A stretch of DNA of 53,905 nucleotides, filler included, from Sphacelaria rigidula (taxonomy: Eukaryota): assembly GCA_964200075.2 (NCBI GenBank). It is 3 parts of 3 records of this genome, joined end to end, with 100 filler letters (N's around TTAATTAATTAA, not from the genome) between each part and the next. Parts side by side here need not be neighbours in the genome. Positions count along the whole stretch, not along the records: positions 18,006 to 35,907 come from CAXNAA020000968.1; positions 36,008 to 53,905 come from CAXNAA020000969.1; 1 more part is not named here. One strand, 5' to 3'. The notes under the pieces were generated by a model. That model made no database searches, was not told the DNA's origin, and worked only from the letters and a program-made list of their open reading frames with translations. Each line of letters begins with the position of its first letter. Position 1 is the first letter of the stretch. A program made the translations under genes and the position numbers. Of this stretch, positions 25,533-37,421 are shown one piece after another.

Positions 25533-25883
25533 CACGCATTTTTGCACTATTCCACATGCCTGGGGTGCGCGTACCTGGGTTGCAACGATGAAAACAAAGC
25601 TTGAGGATTGATTCGTACAATACGAATCAGTTACACTAAAATCAAGTCATTTCCAGGCGAATCATCAATTCGTCCGACCCTTGCAATGAACGAAAAGGCG
25701 CAGTACCGTGCTACAACCGCGTTGAAGCAATAGTTTACTGTGGTTCCCAACGTCGCTCGTGTTACAAGCCACCCATGCTCCGCTGCATACCGCACAGCCA
25801 GCTGCATAGTACGTACCGCATTCAGCACACCCTATGATGACTAAAGGTACAACAGCACACGAGCTTTCGAGTCCAATCCCGTG

Positions 25884-25912
<29 letters not shown>
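25884..25912. repeat. (GT)n microsatellite
   Basis: Read directly from the sequence. Confidence 0.95.
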
Positions 25913-25916
<4 letters not shown>

Positions 25917-27463
25917 GGCAGATTCGGGTGTAGAGAGGAGGCAGCGGGGAGGGGCTCAATAGTTTTCTCCCTGCACCATTTCCTTTTATCATGTACTTAA
26001 ACGACTTCGTATTTTAGTAAATGATCAAAATTACGTGAGATAGGCCTGGACGTCGCTCACCTGACCCCCATTTCGTCGAAGCATATTATGAATATACCAC
26101 GCATCGAGTTTAATCGACTTTGACTATGACATCTATTTCAGTGTACTCCATAGATGAAGGCCAAACTAGTATCGATTCTTCGGGGCAAAATGAGATTACG
26201 TGAAATGAGGGAGGGCGTAGTTTGTCGCTGCGTTGATGTATACCGCCCCCGCGGCGCTGAACATCTTCAAGCTGTTGCGAGACTGCTCCTCTCCGAACAC
26301 GTCGAGTATGATCAATACATAACAAAGTGACGCTCAATACTTTGATTATCGACGTTCCATAACAAGAGGTTTAGCGAGTTTACATATACCTCGTCAACTG
26401 AAGACCTTGGTTGAAGCCTGACGACGTGCAGACGATTTGAATGTAAAATAGCGTTTGACGCCACGTCTGTGCTTAGGCATCTACACTGCGGCCTCCACGC
26501 TGACATAACATGGCGAAATCTCTTGCAACCCCCCACGTGGTCTGTTGTTACAAGAACAATATGAACGATACGCACGATATCCATGGATCATGAGTAGTCA
26601 ATTGCAAAGGTTCAGTGGGATAACATTTGCGCCGCAAGTGTAACGTAGCGACAGAAGAGAGACAACCTTACAAAAATCGGCGCTCAAAGCCTACTTGTCT
26701 TGGGTTTAGTACATACTCCTGGGAATGACCTCGCCTTAGTTTTATTCCCATGGAGCAATTTTGAGCGTTTGAGCGGGGGGCAGAATGCTCCATGAAATGA
26801 CTAAAACGGGTTTCTAAAAATCCTCAAAACGATCCTCCCAACCCAGACTGTTCCCAGCATCTCGGCTGCAAACCTTCAGTACAAGTTGGGACGCACTACA
26901 TGCAGTCTGTAGCGATAAACAGCACGTTACCATTCCAACGTTCAGATAATAAGTTTTCAGGTTTGTTGAAGCCAGTAGAGTTTACCCAGTTTGTCACCAT
27001 TAGGCGATCGTTGATTTCGTACTTTGTTTTCGTGTAAACCATGATACTCGGGACTTTACAGGGCTCACAGTCCCAAGCGCAGCCCAGCGTGCGCCCAGGT
27101 TGGGCGGAACGTGTTCAGGGACTAATCGGCGCCTCAGGCGCTACTTTGAGCGAAAACAAGGTCCATCTCGCCTACGGGACAATGTTCACCACTGCCGAGT
27201 GTTTCCGGTCCTGCTTGGGTTGCGTTCAAGGTTAGGGTTAGCGGTAGGGTTTGACGGAAACAACGTATGCTTCAACCATTGCTCAATGACACCGAGCTGG
27301 GGTATACTCGCCTCGTTAAGGCGACCATTTCTTTCGCGGCTTGAGCAAGGGGGAATATCGCACGAAAAAATATGTGTACGGATGACTCTTTTTTTCTTAC
27401 ATTGCCAACGCACCCCTGCACCGTACATGAGGCCTTCATCTAACTGTGGTGAAGCTGCGATGA

Positions 27464-27893
27464 CCCTTCAACCACCAGGGTGCGCCAACTCCACCGTACA
27501 CATATTTTCCAAGTGAAAGTGATCTCCTTGTGAAAGATGACCCGCCAGGGCGGTCAAAGGGTCTACTGGTGGGGCAAATAAAGCAATGGAAGCTTCTCTA
27601 GCTCCACTGAGGATAAATCGATACACTAAATGTCGTCACAGTTCTCCGCATTCGCTCTCATAGAATGAAGAACCATTGACCGGCAGGTTCGGTCATCTGG
27701 GCCTTACAGTCATTCTTGCAGTGAAAATACCTGGAAAATGTTTGTATAAACGACACTTTGATGACCCTCGTTTGCCGTGGAATGGTTAGCCTTTTGACCG
27801 CCTTGACCGCAAGGATAGGTCATCTGTTAAATGCGATTTTTCAGTTGAAAATATAGTGTAACACCCAGATGACCCACCCTCACAGTCCAAGGC
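27464..27893. mobile_element. Cluster of three degenerate ~100-bp piggyBac-like MITEs (27464-27561, 27673-27785, 27790-27893)
   Basis: Each copy has CC(C/A/T)TT(T)GACC-type and GGTCAAAGGG-type ends or ggtcatctg/agatgacc subterminal motifs. The last two copies abut across TTAG. Confidence 0.55.
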
Positions 27894-29043
27894 TTCAACC
27901 CTCAGGGTTCCACTCCCCCACAGGTGTCCTCAGTCGCCTATGGTTTAAAACATAAGGAGTGCTGAGCAGTTGCTTTTTTTACAAGAAGAAACGCCTATTT
28001 ACTGGGACACGTGAACGTTGAGCATCTGTATAGAAATCAGTGCTGGCGAATCGCTGACCAGTTTTGAGCCTAACGCCAGGTGCATGTACTCCGTGTATGT
28101 CTTCGCTGAGCCGTTATCGAAGGGTGCTTGCTCACTGGTTTGCAAATGGTGCACGCTGCCAGTTACTGCTGCTGTGATATATATTTTCCTATGCTTCCGC
28201 AGTCTCGGTACTTTCAAGGTAGAACTGATGCACCCCGAATACGTTTGGATCTTTTCTACTATATGTACTACGAGGTATTAGTGGTTCCTTTGTCCTGTAC
28301 ACATAACGTTCTTCATCGGTGGCTGAGAACACCGGAATAAGACGATCAGCGTGTGTGCCATCGATTTCCACTGCACACAGTCTACTGGATGCGCTTACTA
28401 TCTCTTCCTAGTGTTCCACGACACTACAGTGTATTGCCACCTCCAAAGCACGAGGAACCAGGCAGGCGTCAAAAATGACGTACAGAGTTCAATGAACCTC
28501 CTTTTCATGTCTTCAATGGTTCAATGGTCGGTACTGTAAACCACACGATTTTTTCGGGTGTTCGCTTACCATGACTACTCACAGTTTCTGTTTGATCCTA
28601 AATATCTGGAATCGAGAGACATGAGCACCCGACAAAAGTTTCGAGAAAAAAATGTAATACACCACCAATTTCGAACGAGATACGGGCTTACCGGTCTTTG
28701 GGGGTCCTGCGACTATACAGCCCCCGGTTCTCGGTCTTTGATATTCTCGCTCGACCAAACAGATCGGGATCTTTCTAGTGAACATTTTCTTGCCTTCAGG
28801 TTTCCTATTTTCTTGATATCCATCGCGCTACAGCCGATGAACCGTAATTTTGGGTCACATGCGGTCAATATCCCTCCCTCGATAAACGGGGTTCTATTCC
28901 GTATTGTTCCGACGACACAAATATTGGAAATGTGTCCTGAGCACGACTTGCGTCTTTCTCGAATGCCTACTACCGACTCTCAAAAATATGGAGTGTAGGT
29001 GACAAATCGTCTGTGAAAAAATCCCGATTGAGTGATGACCATA

Positions 29044-30381
29044 TCAAAAGTTTCACACGTCGGACAGATCAGCTCCCTATAGCTCGAGCTAGCTCTTTTT
29101 TAGCGTAGCTCCCTAGTGAACTATGAGAGCTACATGAGCTACGCATGTTTCTTCTGGGGTGAGCTATGAGAGCTGTATGAGCTACGCATGTTTACCGTAG
29201 GTGAGCTACCAACACGTACCTCATCAGCTCATATTTGTCCTGGGTGAGCTATGAGAGCTGCATGAGCTACGCATGTTTGCCCTGGATGAGCTACCAACTC
29301 GTAGCTCATTAACTCATATTCGCCCTGGGTGGGCTATGAAAGCTGCATGAGCTACACCTGTTTGCCCCGGATGAGCTATGGGAGCTGCATGAGCTACACA
29401 TGTTTGCCCTGGATGAGCTATGGGAGCTATGAGAGCTACGATTGCCTATCCCTTTGACCACGAGGGTAGGAGGTCTCTGAATCGGCATCATTCACACCCG
29501 AAAAATCAAGTGAATTATGCTGATTTATCAGATCGTCAACCCTCGCGGTCAAAGGGCTGAACCCTTGACGGCGAGCATAAGTCATCTATCTGTTGAATCG
29601 GCTCCACTTTCACTTGAAAAACGTATGCGTAACCAGATGGACTCGTACCCTCGCGGTCAACCGATCGAAAGAAATGAATCAGTCGATTACTGTAGACACT
29701 GAATACTAATACTTTTTTTAACCATCCGACCAAGCGAACGAGGATGTGTTAGGTTCAAACATTACAACAACCTAATGATATGTGGCACCATCCGTTCGAA
29801 CAAGAATGTTGCATCATAAGCGGCACGGGGTTGGCCAGCGGCGAGCTAGGCATATGACGTGAGTGAGCCACGACCATGTGTCCCTGGGGTGAGCTACCGG
29901 GCATAGCTCATCCGCTCATGTTGTCCCTGGGTGAGCTACAAGAGGAGCTGCGTGAGCTACACATGTTTGCCTTGGGTGAGCTATCGAGTGTAGCTCGCTC
30001 GCATATGTTTTCCGTGGGTGAGCTGTGAGAGCTACATGAGCTGTACATGTTTGCCCTGAGTGAGCTACCAACCCGTAGCTCATCGGCTCATATTCGTCCT
30101 GGGTGAGCTATGAGAGCTGCATGAGCTACGCATGTTTGCCCTGCGTGAGCTACCAACCCATAGCTCATCAACTCATATTCGCTCTGGGTGAGCTATGAGA
30201 GCTGCATGAACTACACATGTTTTTCCTCGGTGAGCTACCAACTCGTAGCTCACCAGCGCACGTTTACCTTGTGTTGAGCTATCGGACGTAACTCACATGA
30301 ACATGTTTGACTACAAGTGATCTACCGCCCGCAGATGAGCTAGCTCATGAGCTGTCCTACGTGTGAAAAGTTTGACCACTG
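29044..30381. mobile_element. Inverted-repeat-bounded non-autonomous element filled with a 42/85-bp AGCT-rich minisatellite
   Basis: tcaaaagtttcacacgtcggacagatc (29044-29070) is an imperfect inverse of gagctgtcctacgtgtgaaaagtttga (30349-30375), and the right end finishes CACTG|TA. Internal units resemble gggtgagctatgagagctgcatgagctacgcatgtttgccct. Confidence 0.65.
29450..29660. mobile_element. Two adjacent piggyBac-like MITEs (29450-29556, 29562-29660) inserted into the minisatellite
   Basis: Terminal inverted repeat ccctttgaccacgagggt / accctcgcggtcaaaggg. The second copy shares atctgttgaatcggc...tttcacttgaa with 2261-2358. Confidence 0.7.
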
Positions 30382-33238
30382 TACTCCGCAAGAGCTAGGA
30401 GAAGTGGAATGTACTGGACAACCGAAATATTTACGTACGAACCTTCATGAATTTCCTCAACCCTCAGACAGCGACCCCTCCGCAAGTGGACTGAGATGGA
30501 CTATGCCACATTTGGGGTTCAAAACAGCTGCTTTCTCGCTGCACAAAACGCACTTTTTCATTATCTTGTGGATGTTGAGTATCTACTGGAAAATAGTCCC
30601 CGAGACCCCCTGACCGGTTTTGAGCCGCAGTCTATCGCGTGCAGAGTTAGTATGTGTGCTAAAGATCTTCGCTAGAAACAACGGCAAGAAACAGTCAGCA
30701 TGCCATCGCTCTCCACTAAACACAATCTACTGTAGCGGTGTTCCACAACAACACTTCAGACAGCGTAAAGCTATATAATATATGTAATATAATAGTATCA
30801 TTTCACATTTTTCACCACTTTTGCCGCGTCTTCTCTTGCGGCGAGGCATTTTTCCCGCACTATCTTTCGCAGCGCACTGAGAAGGCTCAGCGGTACGTTA
30901 CCGTTCAGGTTTGGGTGTCACCTGATACCTGTGGCCCGTGTTTTGACCACCGAAAGTCACTCAAACTGGCCCTTTTGTCGCGGGGTATCGATCCCGGACC
31001 ACAAAAGCCTCTTCAAAGTTATGGAAAACTTGAAACGAGAAACCGAACCACAGAAAAAGACTGTTGAAGATCATGGGAGTTTTCAAACGGGATTAATTTT
31101 GGCGGGGTATTTGTTCCCCGCGTTTCTCTTTGTCACGTCCTTGTTCATTTGGGAGCACGAACACACCGGTTATGCCGCCAATGTCACGAGAAAATGAGAG
31201 CAAATCAGTTGAGAACAATTGAACACTGCCTCGGCCTTAATCAGCAGCAAAGACAAGACCGCGCGATGGGCCGTTGGAGAGTTGAACAAGGCACAGCAGT
31301 ACAACAGCACAGGAATGTTTTGCCGCAAAAACATCACCCTATTTAAAAAAAGGCCCGGTGATGTGGAGGCCACAGTGATGTACAAAGAACATGTCAAGAA
31401 TGTTTCACGCATTCCAATTTTTCGGGAGTGCCTCCCGCTGTCACTTCTTTGTCGCACGAGAGCCACTTCAATCTCTGGCACCTCGGAAATACCACATACA
31501 CGTGGCCATTCGGCTCCTTTTTGAAGATCCCCTATCGTGATTTTCATCCTCTCAAAGGGCAAAATGGCCCTCCGGAGGATTAAATACCCTCTGGTGGTTC
31601 ATGATGCCTCTGGAATGGACAGTAACCGAAGCCGCCAGAGGGCACATAATTCCCTTGAGCACAAAATTTTCATGAGGGTGCCTCTGGAGAAACTTGTGGA
31701 AAAATTACTCTCCAGGTGTGTAAATTTACCTCTAGAGTTCGCACTACATCAAACCTCTGAACTACTCCTGTGTCCTAGCTACCTTCGGGGCATCTCTGGG
31801 ACCCCAGCAATCTTGTTTAGTATCGATCATCACGCAAGATATTTATCACCCACAGCCATCCACAGATCAAACCATGCAAACCCCACAACAACTAGTCCCA
31901 GCTATCACCACAACCCTGCAGCAAAGAGCACGCATTGGGCACAGGGATATAGTTGGGTATCATGTATTTCTTGTTGGTGGAAACTTATTGAGTATCTTCT
32001 TTCATGGTCTATCGCGGAATCGCGCGGCGACGAACCACATGGGGTGGGGTGCGGGCAATAACCGGCTCATTGCATACACGCTCATGGACGGTGCAGGCAG
32101 TAGTAAGCTGCACGTTGTTCAAGTCCTTCTCACGTCGCACTGTAAGCAGAGAACATATTTAGTCCTGTGCTGTCTGTACTGTACTTTGCCCGCTTCCCTC
32201 TCACGTCCTACTGACTGTGCAGTTGTGCGTATGCTGCTGCACTAACGCGCGTCTGTACTGCAGTAGCTGACGGTATATAATACCCCCATATATTCATAGT
32301 TACAGGCATCGACGTTATTTGTATAGCCATACGTAGCGCATCTGCCGCGCTAACTCTGCAGTATATGGCACCGCACGTATAAGCACAATATGGTCCTGTT
32401 ATGGGTAGGAATGGGGGCCGATTTTGGGTACTATATTTCTGGAAAGTACAAGCTGAACGCTATCTGCGTCAGAAGTAGCCCGTAATCCAACGAATCATGT
32501 CAACGAAAAATAAACGCGTCACCTACAAATGACGACTTGGCTCATAATAAATGAAGTATATTTCTAGTACATTTATTCAAGCCTGGGAGTGGTCGATGTT
32601 GGGGTGACATAGTTCCTCCGGAAAGCTCGCTCCACATCAGTAGATGGACAATCTTGTTGCACTAGCTAATGTCCTGCTTCTGTCTGTACTACTCGGGAAG
32701 CACACGCCCCCGAGCTGACACCCCACGTTTACCGTCATTGCGAAGATTACAAGACAAGAGCACGAACAGCAGCTGTTGTGGCCGCCACAAACCAACGTAA
32801 CTGCAGTGAAAGGCGTGCCTGACATAGTGCTAGAACGAGAAAGTACGGAAATTTGGAGATCATGAGCAGCAGCGTCGCGCATGCGAAAACTACTGAGAAC
32901 GATGCTAATAATGATGACGATCAAGAGGTTCACGCTGTGCGGATTGGCTACGCGCTGCATTTCCTAGACACAGTTGTGACTGCGGGATTGGAGAGTGAAT
33001 TTCTCACGGGCCCCACGGGGTCAGGGTCATGGCATGAGTGGAAGGAATCCCAACTTGTCTGGTTCTCCCTGTCCAGATCAACATCTTCGACGTCAATTTT
33101 CCCCTAGTTTCAGTATGTACAGGCAGTCACTTGAAACATCATGGCTCTGACGACCTGGGCATACGTAGTGCGCAGTCTCAAATCAAAATCACTCTTGGCG
33201 CATTGGCTCTCCGCTGGAACCCTCAGACACAACAGCCG

Positions 33239-33560
33239 AAGTTCATGTGTGACCTCGCTCTCTGCAACCCAAAACATGAAAGGTCGCTGTTGAAGGGCGA
33301 ATTTGCTCATTGTGCACAGCCGTACAGAACGAGCACCTGGTGGCATGCCACACAGTGAAATGCTGTCCGTCACACACTGCTACCCGCAAGTTCATGTGTG
33401 ACCTCATTCTGAACTATTAATAGTATACACAGACAGTTACTAAATACATGACAGCAGCCGCCAGCTTTGTAATTCGACACTTTGAAGGATACTCGCCGTT
33501 GAAAGGCGAATTGCCCTTTGTGCGCAGCCGCACAGAACAGAGCAGCGCCTGGGAGCACGC
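33239..33560. repeat. Diverged local tandem duplication
   Basis: aagttcatgtgtgacctc at 33239 and 33388; tcgc(t/c)gttgaa(g/a)ggcgaatt...gcagcc/acagccg...acagaac at 33284 and 33493. Confidence 0.7.
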
Positions 33561-34407
33561 AACCAAAGTGCATGTTCTCATGACTTGCTTTTGGCAGGAA
33601 AAAAGTATTCCCACCGATTTTTTGGATTCGCCACCTTCGACCTCGAAAGACGTTACTGGTCCTCAACCCAACAGTGCCGATCACGCAACGCTTACAACTC
33701 GGCAACGAAGCGGGGGATTAGACTGCGGTTTCTCGCGTGCGCTTCCCACACATCCAAGCTACGTCGCCTAGTTTGCGTTTCGCATTTGCGCGTAATGCTG
33801 ACTCGCAAATACTCTAAAAATACTAAAATAAGGTGTATTCTGCTCTGCGGGGGGATTTCCGAGCCGCTGATGCGCCGCCAGCTAAATATCAAACTAGGTC
33901 CTCTGGATCTTGCGTGGGGACTGTCAAGTGCCGTGGACCGGCTTGCTTCCTGTGTCGAGAACCGAGCGATCTCCAGTGCTACAGGTTTTCCATACTAAAT
34001 CAAGTGAATAAGTGACTGAGCATGTGTTCTGTTCGTGAGGGCCTCGGCACAGGTCTGACCACCTACTGGCTTATCGCTTATTTTAAATCGTGTCGATTTT
34101 TGGTCGTTAGGGCCCCCATTCCTACCCATAACTGTCCCACGCCCGGTACTGTAGGTCCAGTACAGCACCACACCGTGCTTATTGTTGTAATCACACCCCC
34201 GCCATCAAAGTACAGAATAAACCGCGTTCAGAATTTTTCACGTTTTTGATCTAAAAATGCTCGGGTGTGTTATTCCAGTAGACACTGGACTACGGGGTTT
34301 TCAGGACCCATGAATACATGTGCGAGGTATGTACGGACGCTTCAGCATCACCACTAGCGGAAGCTGTACCCCGTACAGCGCGGCCGTGTGGACATACACT
34401 CGCACTT

Positions 34408-34572
34408 AGTGTATGGCATGAAAAAAAAATACGTGGGTACCAAAAGTTTTTTTTTTTCTTCATGAGTTCAGGGAATTTTACTGAAACCTGAAAACTGATT
34501 ACTGCCCCTGAGTCATGAAAAAAACAAAAACCCTTTTGGTACCGACGTTTTTTTTTTAATGTCCTATACATT
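34408..34572. repeat. ~165-bp imperfect palindrome (foldback)
   Basis: cgtgggtaccaaaag...ttcatgagttcaggg pairs with ccctgagtcatgaa...cttttggtaccgacg, with complementary A/T tracts. Confidence 0.7.
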
Positions 34573-35769
34573 GTCCATACCAAATTGTACGTTCCAACTC
34601 TAAATATTGGCCGGAGCATGGGCCTTTTAAAAAACCGAGTCGGCAGAAATTCGGAACAGTATTTCGCAGGCCATTCACCGGCCCACGTTTGGTTTTCGTG
34701 AATTGAAATCTTGTGTGGGCGCTCTCTAAGACACAATTAACAACACTCAGTAGGTCAGTTTTTTTTCAATTATTTTCTTGATTGATTTAGGGCGTTCTAG
34801 TATGGTAGCGACCATATCTTCACGAGAACGCCCGAACCTCTATGAAAAAAAAATGGAGGCCCATGTTTTTTAATATTCGGCACACCTACGTGGTTCTCCA
34901 TGCCAAGTGTCAATCACATTTCTAAAAATTGAGATAAGGCCCAAGAGCAATGGTCATTTCTCCTCAAAACTCCATTAAAAACACGAAAAATAATGAATAA
35001 AAATGAAAAAGGTAACGAGCTGTTTGAATTAATTTCATTATGCACTAGCGGTTCTTCATACGAAATTTCATAGAACAACTCTCAAAAACTAAGACGCGAT
35101 ATCCGATTTAGGGCATCTAGTGTCTCTTCTCGTAATATTTTGATTTTAGTATGGAAAACTATGTGCGCCATATCTCGAAATAGATGACGAATTAGGTGAT
35201 GGTGAGGGTATCTATCGTCTCCCCGTGCTCCAGGGAAGGTGCACACCAAAATTCGTCGCCATCCGCCGAGTGCATCGATCGGGGTTTTCATGTAGACTTT
35301 TGTATGGGCGCTATCTCCCTTAGGTATAGGAATTACTAGACATGGGGTTTAATCAACGACAAAATGTGGGCCAAAATGTTGAGCAGATGGGCACCTTCGC
35401 CCTGGTTAGACGATGAATACGATATGCGGATCATGGGCCAACTCGTCGATGTCGATGAGATATTGCTTTTGGAGCTTAAATCCGTTTTTAGGCTGGCCCA
35501 ACTCGTACAGCGGAGGCTGTTGAAGAATTCCATCTTTCGGCCCAATTGAGGGGCAAGAGATTTTTTCTAACAATCTCTGCTGCCTTTTGAACCCCATTCG
35601 CTGATTACGGTACAGTATGTGGGACTTGAACAGCAGAGGCTGCTCGCAAATGAGTACTTTTTCTGCTCACTTTCAGGATGAATTGGCGAGCAAAACGAGG
35701 ATCTATTTCGAACAGCTTCTGCTGTACAACTCCCATCTGCCAGTGTTCATGGGTTTTGAATAGCCCATG

Positions 35770-35868
35770 TTGTTGTGTGTTGTCCCTTCTATTCTGGACT
35801 CCGGTCTACAACTGTCGGTATATGTGGGCGCATCAGCCGGGGTCACACAGGAGGAAGGTTAACACAGG
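35770..35868 (+). mobile_element. Terminal repeat of the same family as the 37422-39330 element
   Basis: tcggtatatgtgggcgcatcagccggggtcacacagga is nearly identical to 39280-39317. Confidence 0.7.
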
Positions 35869-35907
35869 AGCTTTTTCTTTTTCATTTGTTTTTACTACCC
35901 CACCTTC

Positions 35908-36007
35908 NNNNNNNNNNNNNNNNNNNNNNNNNNNNNNNNNNNNNNNNNNNNTTAATTAATTAANNNNNNNNNNNNNNNNNNNNNNNNNNNNNNNNNNNNN
36001 NNNNNNN
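35908..36007. other. Artificial contig spacer (N44-TTAATTAATTAA-N44)
   Basis: Exactly 100 nt with the six-frame stop linker at 35952-35963. Confidence 0.97.
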
Positions 36008-37421
36008 TCAGGCCGAAGAAATCGTGAATTTGGTGATTTTGAGTCGTGATGATTTGTCCTAACCGTGAAAGATTCCACGGCTGCATGCTCTGTGTTTCCC
36101 TACGCGGGATATGCGGCGTAATCGTCCCTGCCGTATCTTCACTGGTCTACTGCTATTATTTTGCCGTTTTTTACTCAAACCTCGGTTGTGAAGTTCTCCC
36201 CCGAGGGTGTAAGACCCCACGTGAAAATTGGCATACGAGTTGGGTATGATGCAGCCTGCATGTACACCAAGCGGGGGCACGTTTCGTCCGTGCGCGAATA
36301 TAAGGGCAGTGGTTGAAGATGTTTTCGTACTATTGACCATATGGCCTCCACACGGCCTCCCCGCGGCAGAAACTTCGTACACCCACCCACCCTTGTGACA
36401 CATTTTTGATGCAGCGGTGCACTGACATCCACACTATGAGCCCTTCAACGGCTGTAGCAAGGGCAAACAAACATCGATCTGTAATGGGACGCCTGCTGGA
36501 AAATGACAATCTCTGCAAAACCCAGTCACACACTGCCTGCAGAGGAGCTGAGGTGCGGAGGAACGCCCATACGTGCGCTGTGGGTGCTTTAACGCGCTGA
36601 AACTTTGGCCACATGCTCTGTGAAGCACAGCCAACAAGCCCATGTCATTTCATCTCCGCTTCCGTCGTGCAGCGCCGCAGCCGGGGGCGAAAAGGGTCAG
36701 ATTCTATTTTAATTCTGTCCCAAAACATTTTTTTCTTCACGCGCAAGACTGACTATGGGAAGTGTGAAGTGTGGCTTGTGTTGCGGGGTTTGCCGGCAAA
36801 TTTAATGAAGTACATCTTCATTTTGCCTCCCTCCCTCTACATGTACCTGTAGTAGACACCAGGTGACACACCAGTCCACGGTCGCGCGGGGCAGAGAACG
36901 TGTGTACACTTGCTAAAGTCGCCAGCACAAAAAGGGCTGGGTTGCAGACGGAAGGCAAAAATAATCAACGGCACAGCAGTTGGACCACGACGACTTTGAA
37001 CACGTCAATCTCATGATCTCTGATCTTGTTTGACAATCACGAAACGCAACTCGGTAAGAAGCCGCTGCTGCCTCTAGCGGTGAGACCATACCCTATTTTA
37101 TACTGGCGTGACTGTTCGCCTCGATACTCCGGACGAGATTCACCTTCTTTTTGGCAGACTTTGATGATTTCCGTCTCTCTCTTCTCCTCTCTTCCGAAGA
37201 AGAAGATGAGGAGGAAGATGGACTTCGGCTGCGATCACGCTTCCCCATAACAATGCAAGCGCCCTTTCAGCTCAAGGGTCATGACAACATAGTTGCTATG
37301 TTGACATAACCCTTTGCTTCAACATTTACACCGACTCGACTCCTCGTCGTGTTTTTCACCTTCACATTTGTCCAAAGATATTTTGATATCGGACCGGCGG
37401 TGCTGCAATTAGAATCCTATT

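Noticed and set aside
27230-27252. Telomere-like ggttagggttagcggtagggttt
   Set aside because: Only about three degenerate units; too short to call an interstitial telomere.
29080-30350. CRISPR-like appearance of regularly spaced repeats (also 38820-39000)
   Set aside because: The intervening sequences are themselves repeated rather than unique spacers, there are no cas genes, and the context is eukaryotic; these are minisatellites.
30931-32061. Run of medium-length ORFs as a possible transposase or viral gene
   Set aside because: Interrupted by stops, with no identifiable catalytic or viral hallmark motif.
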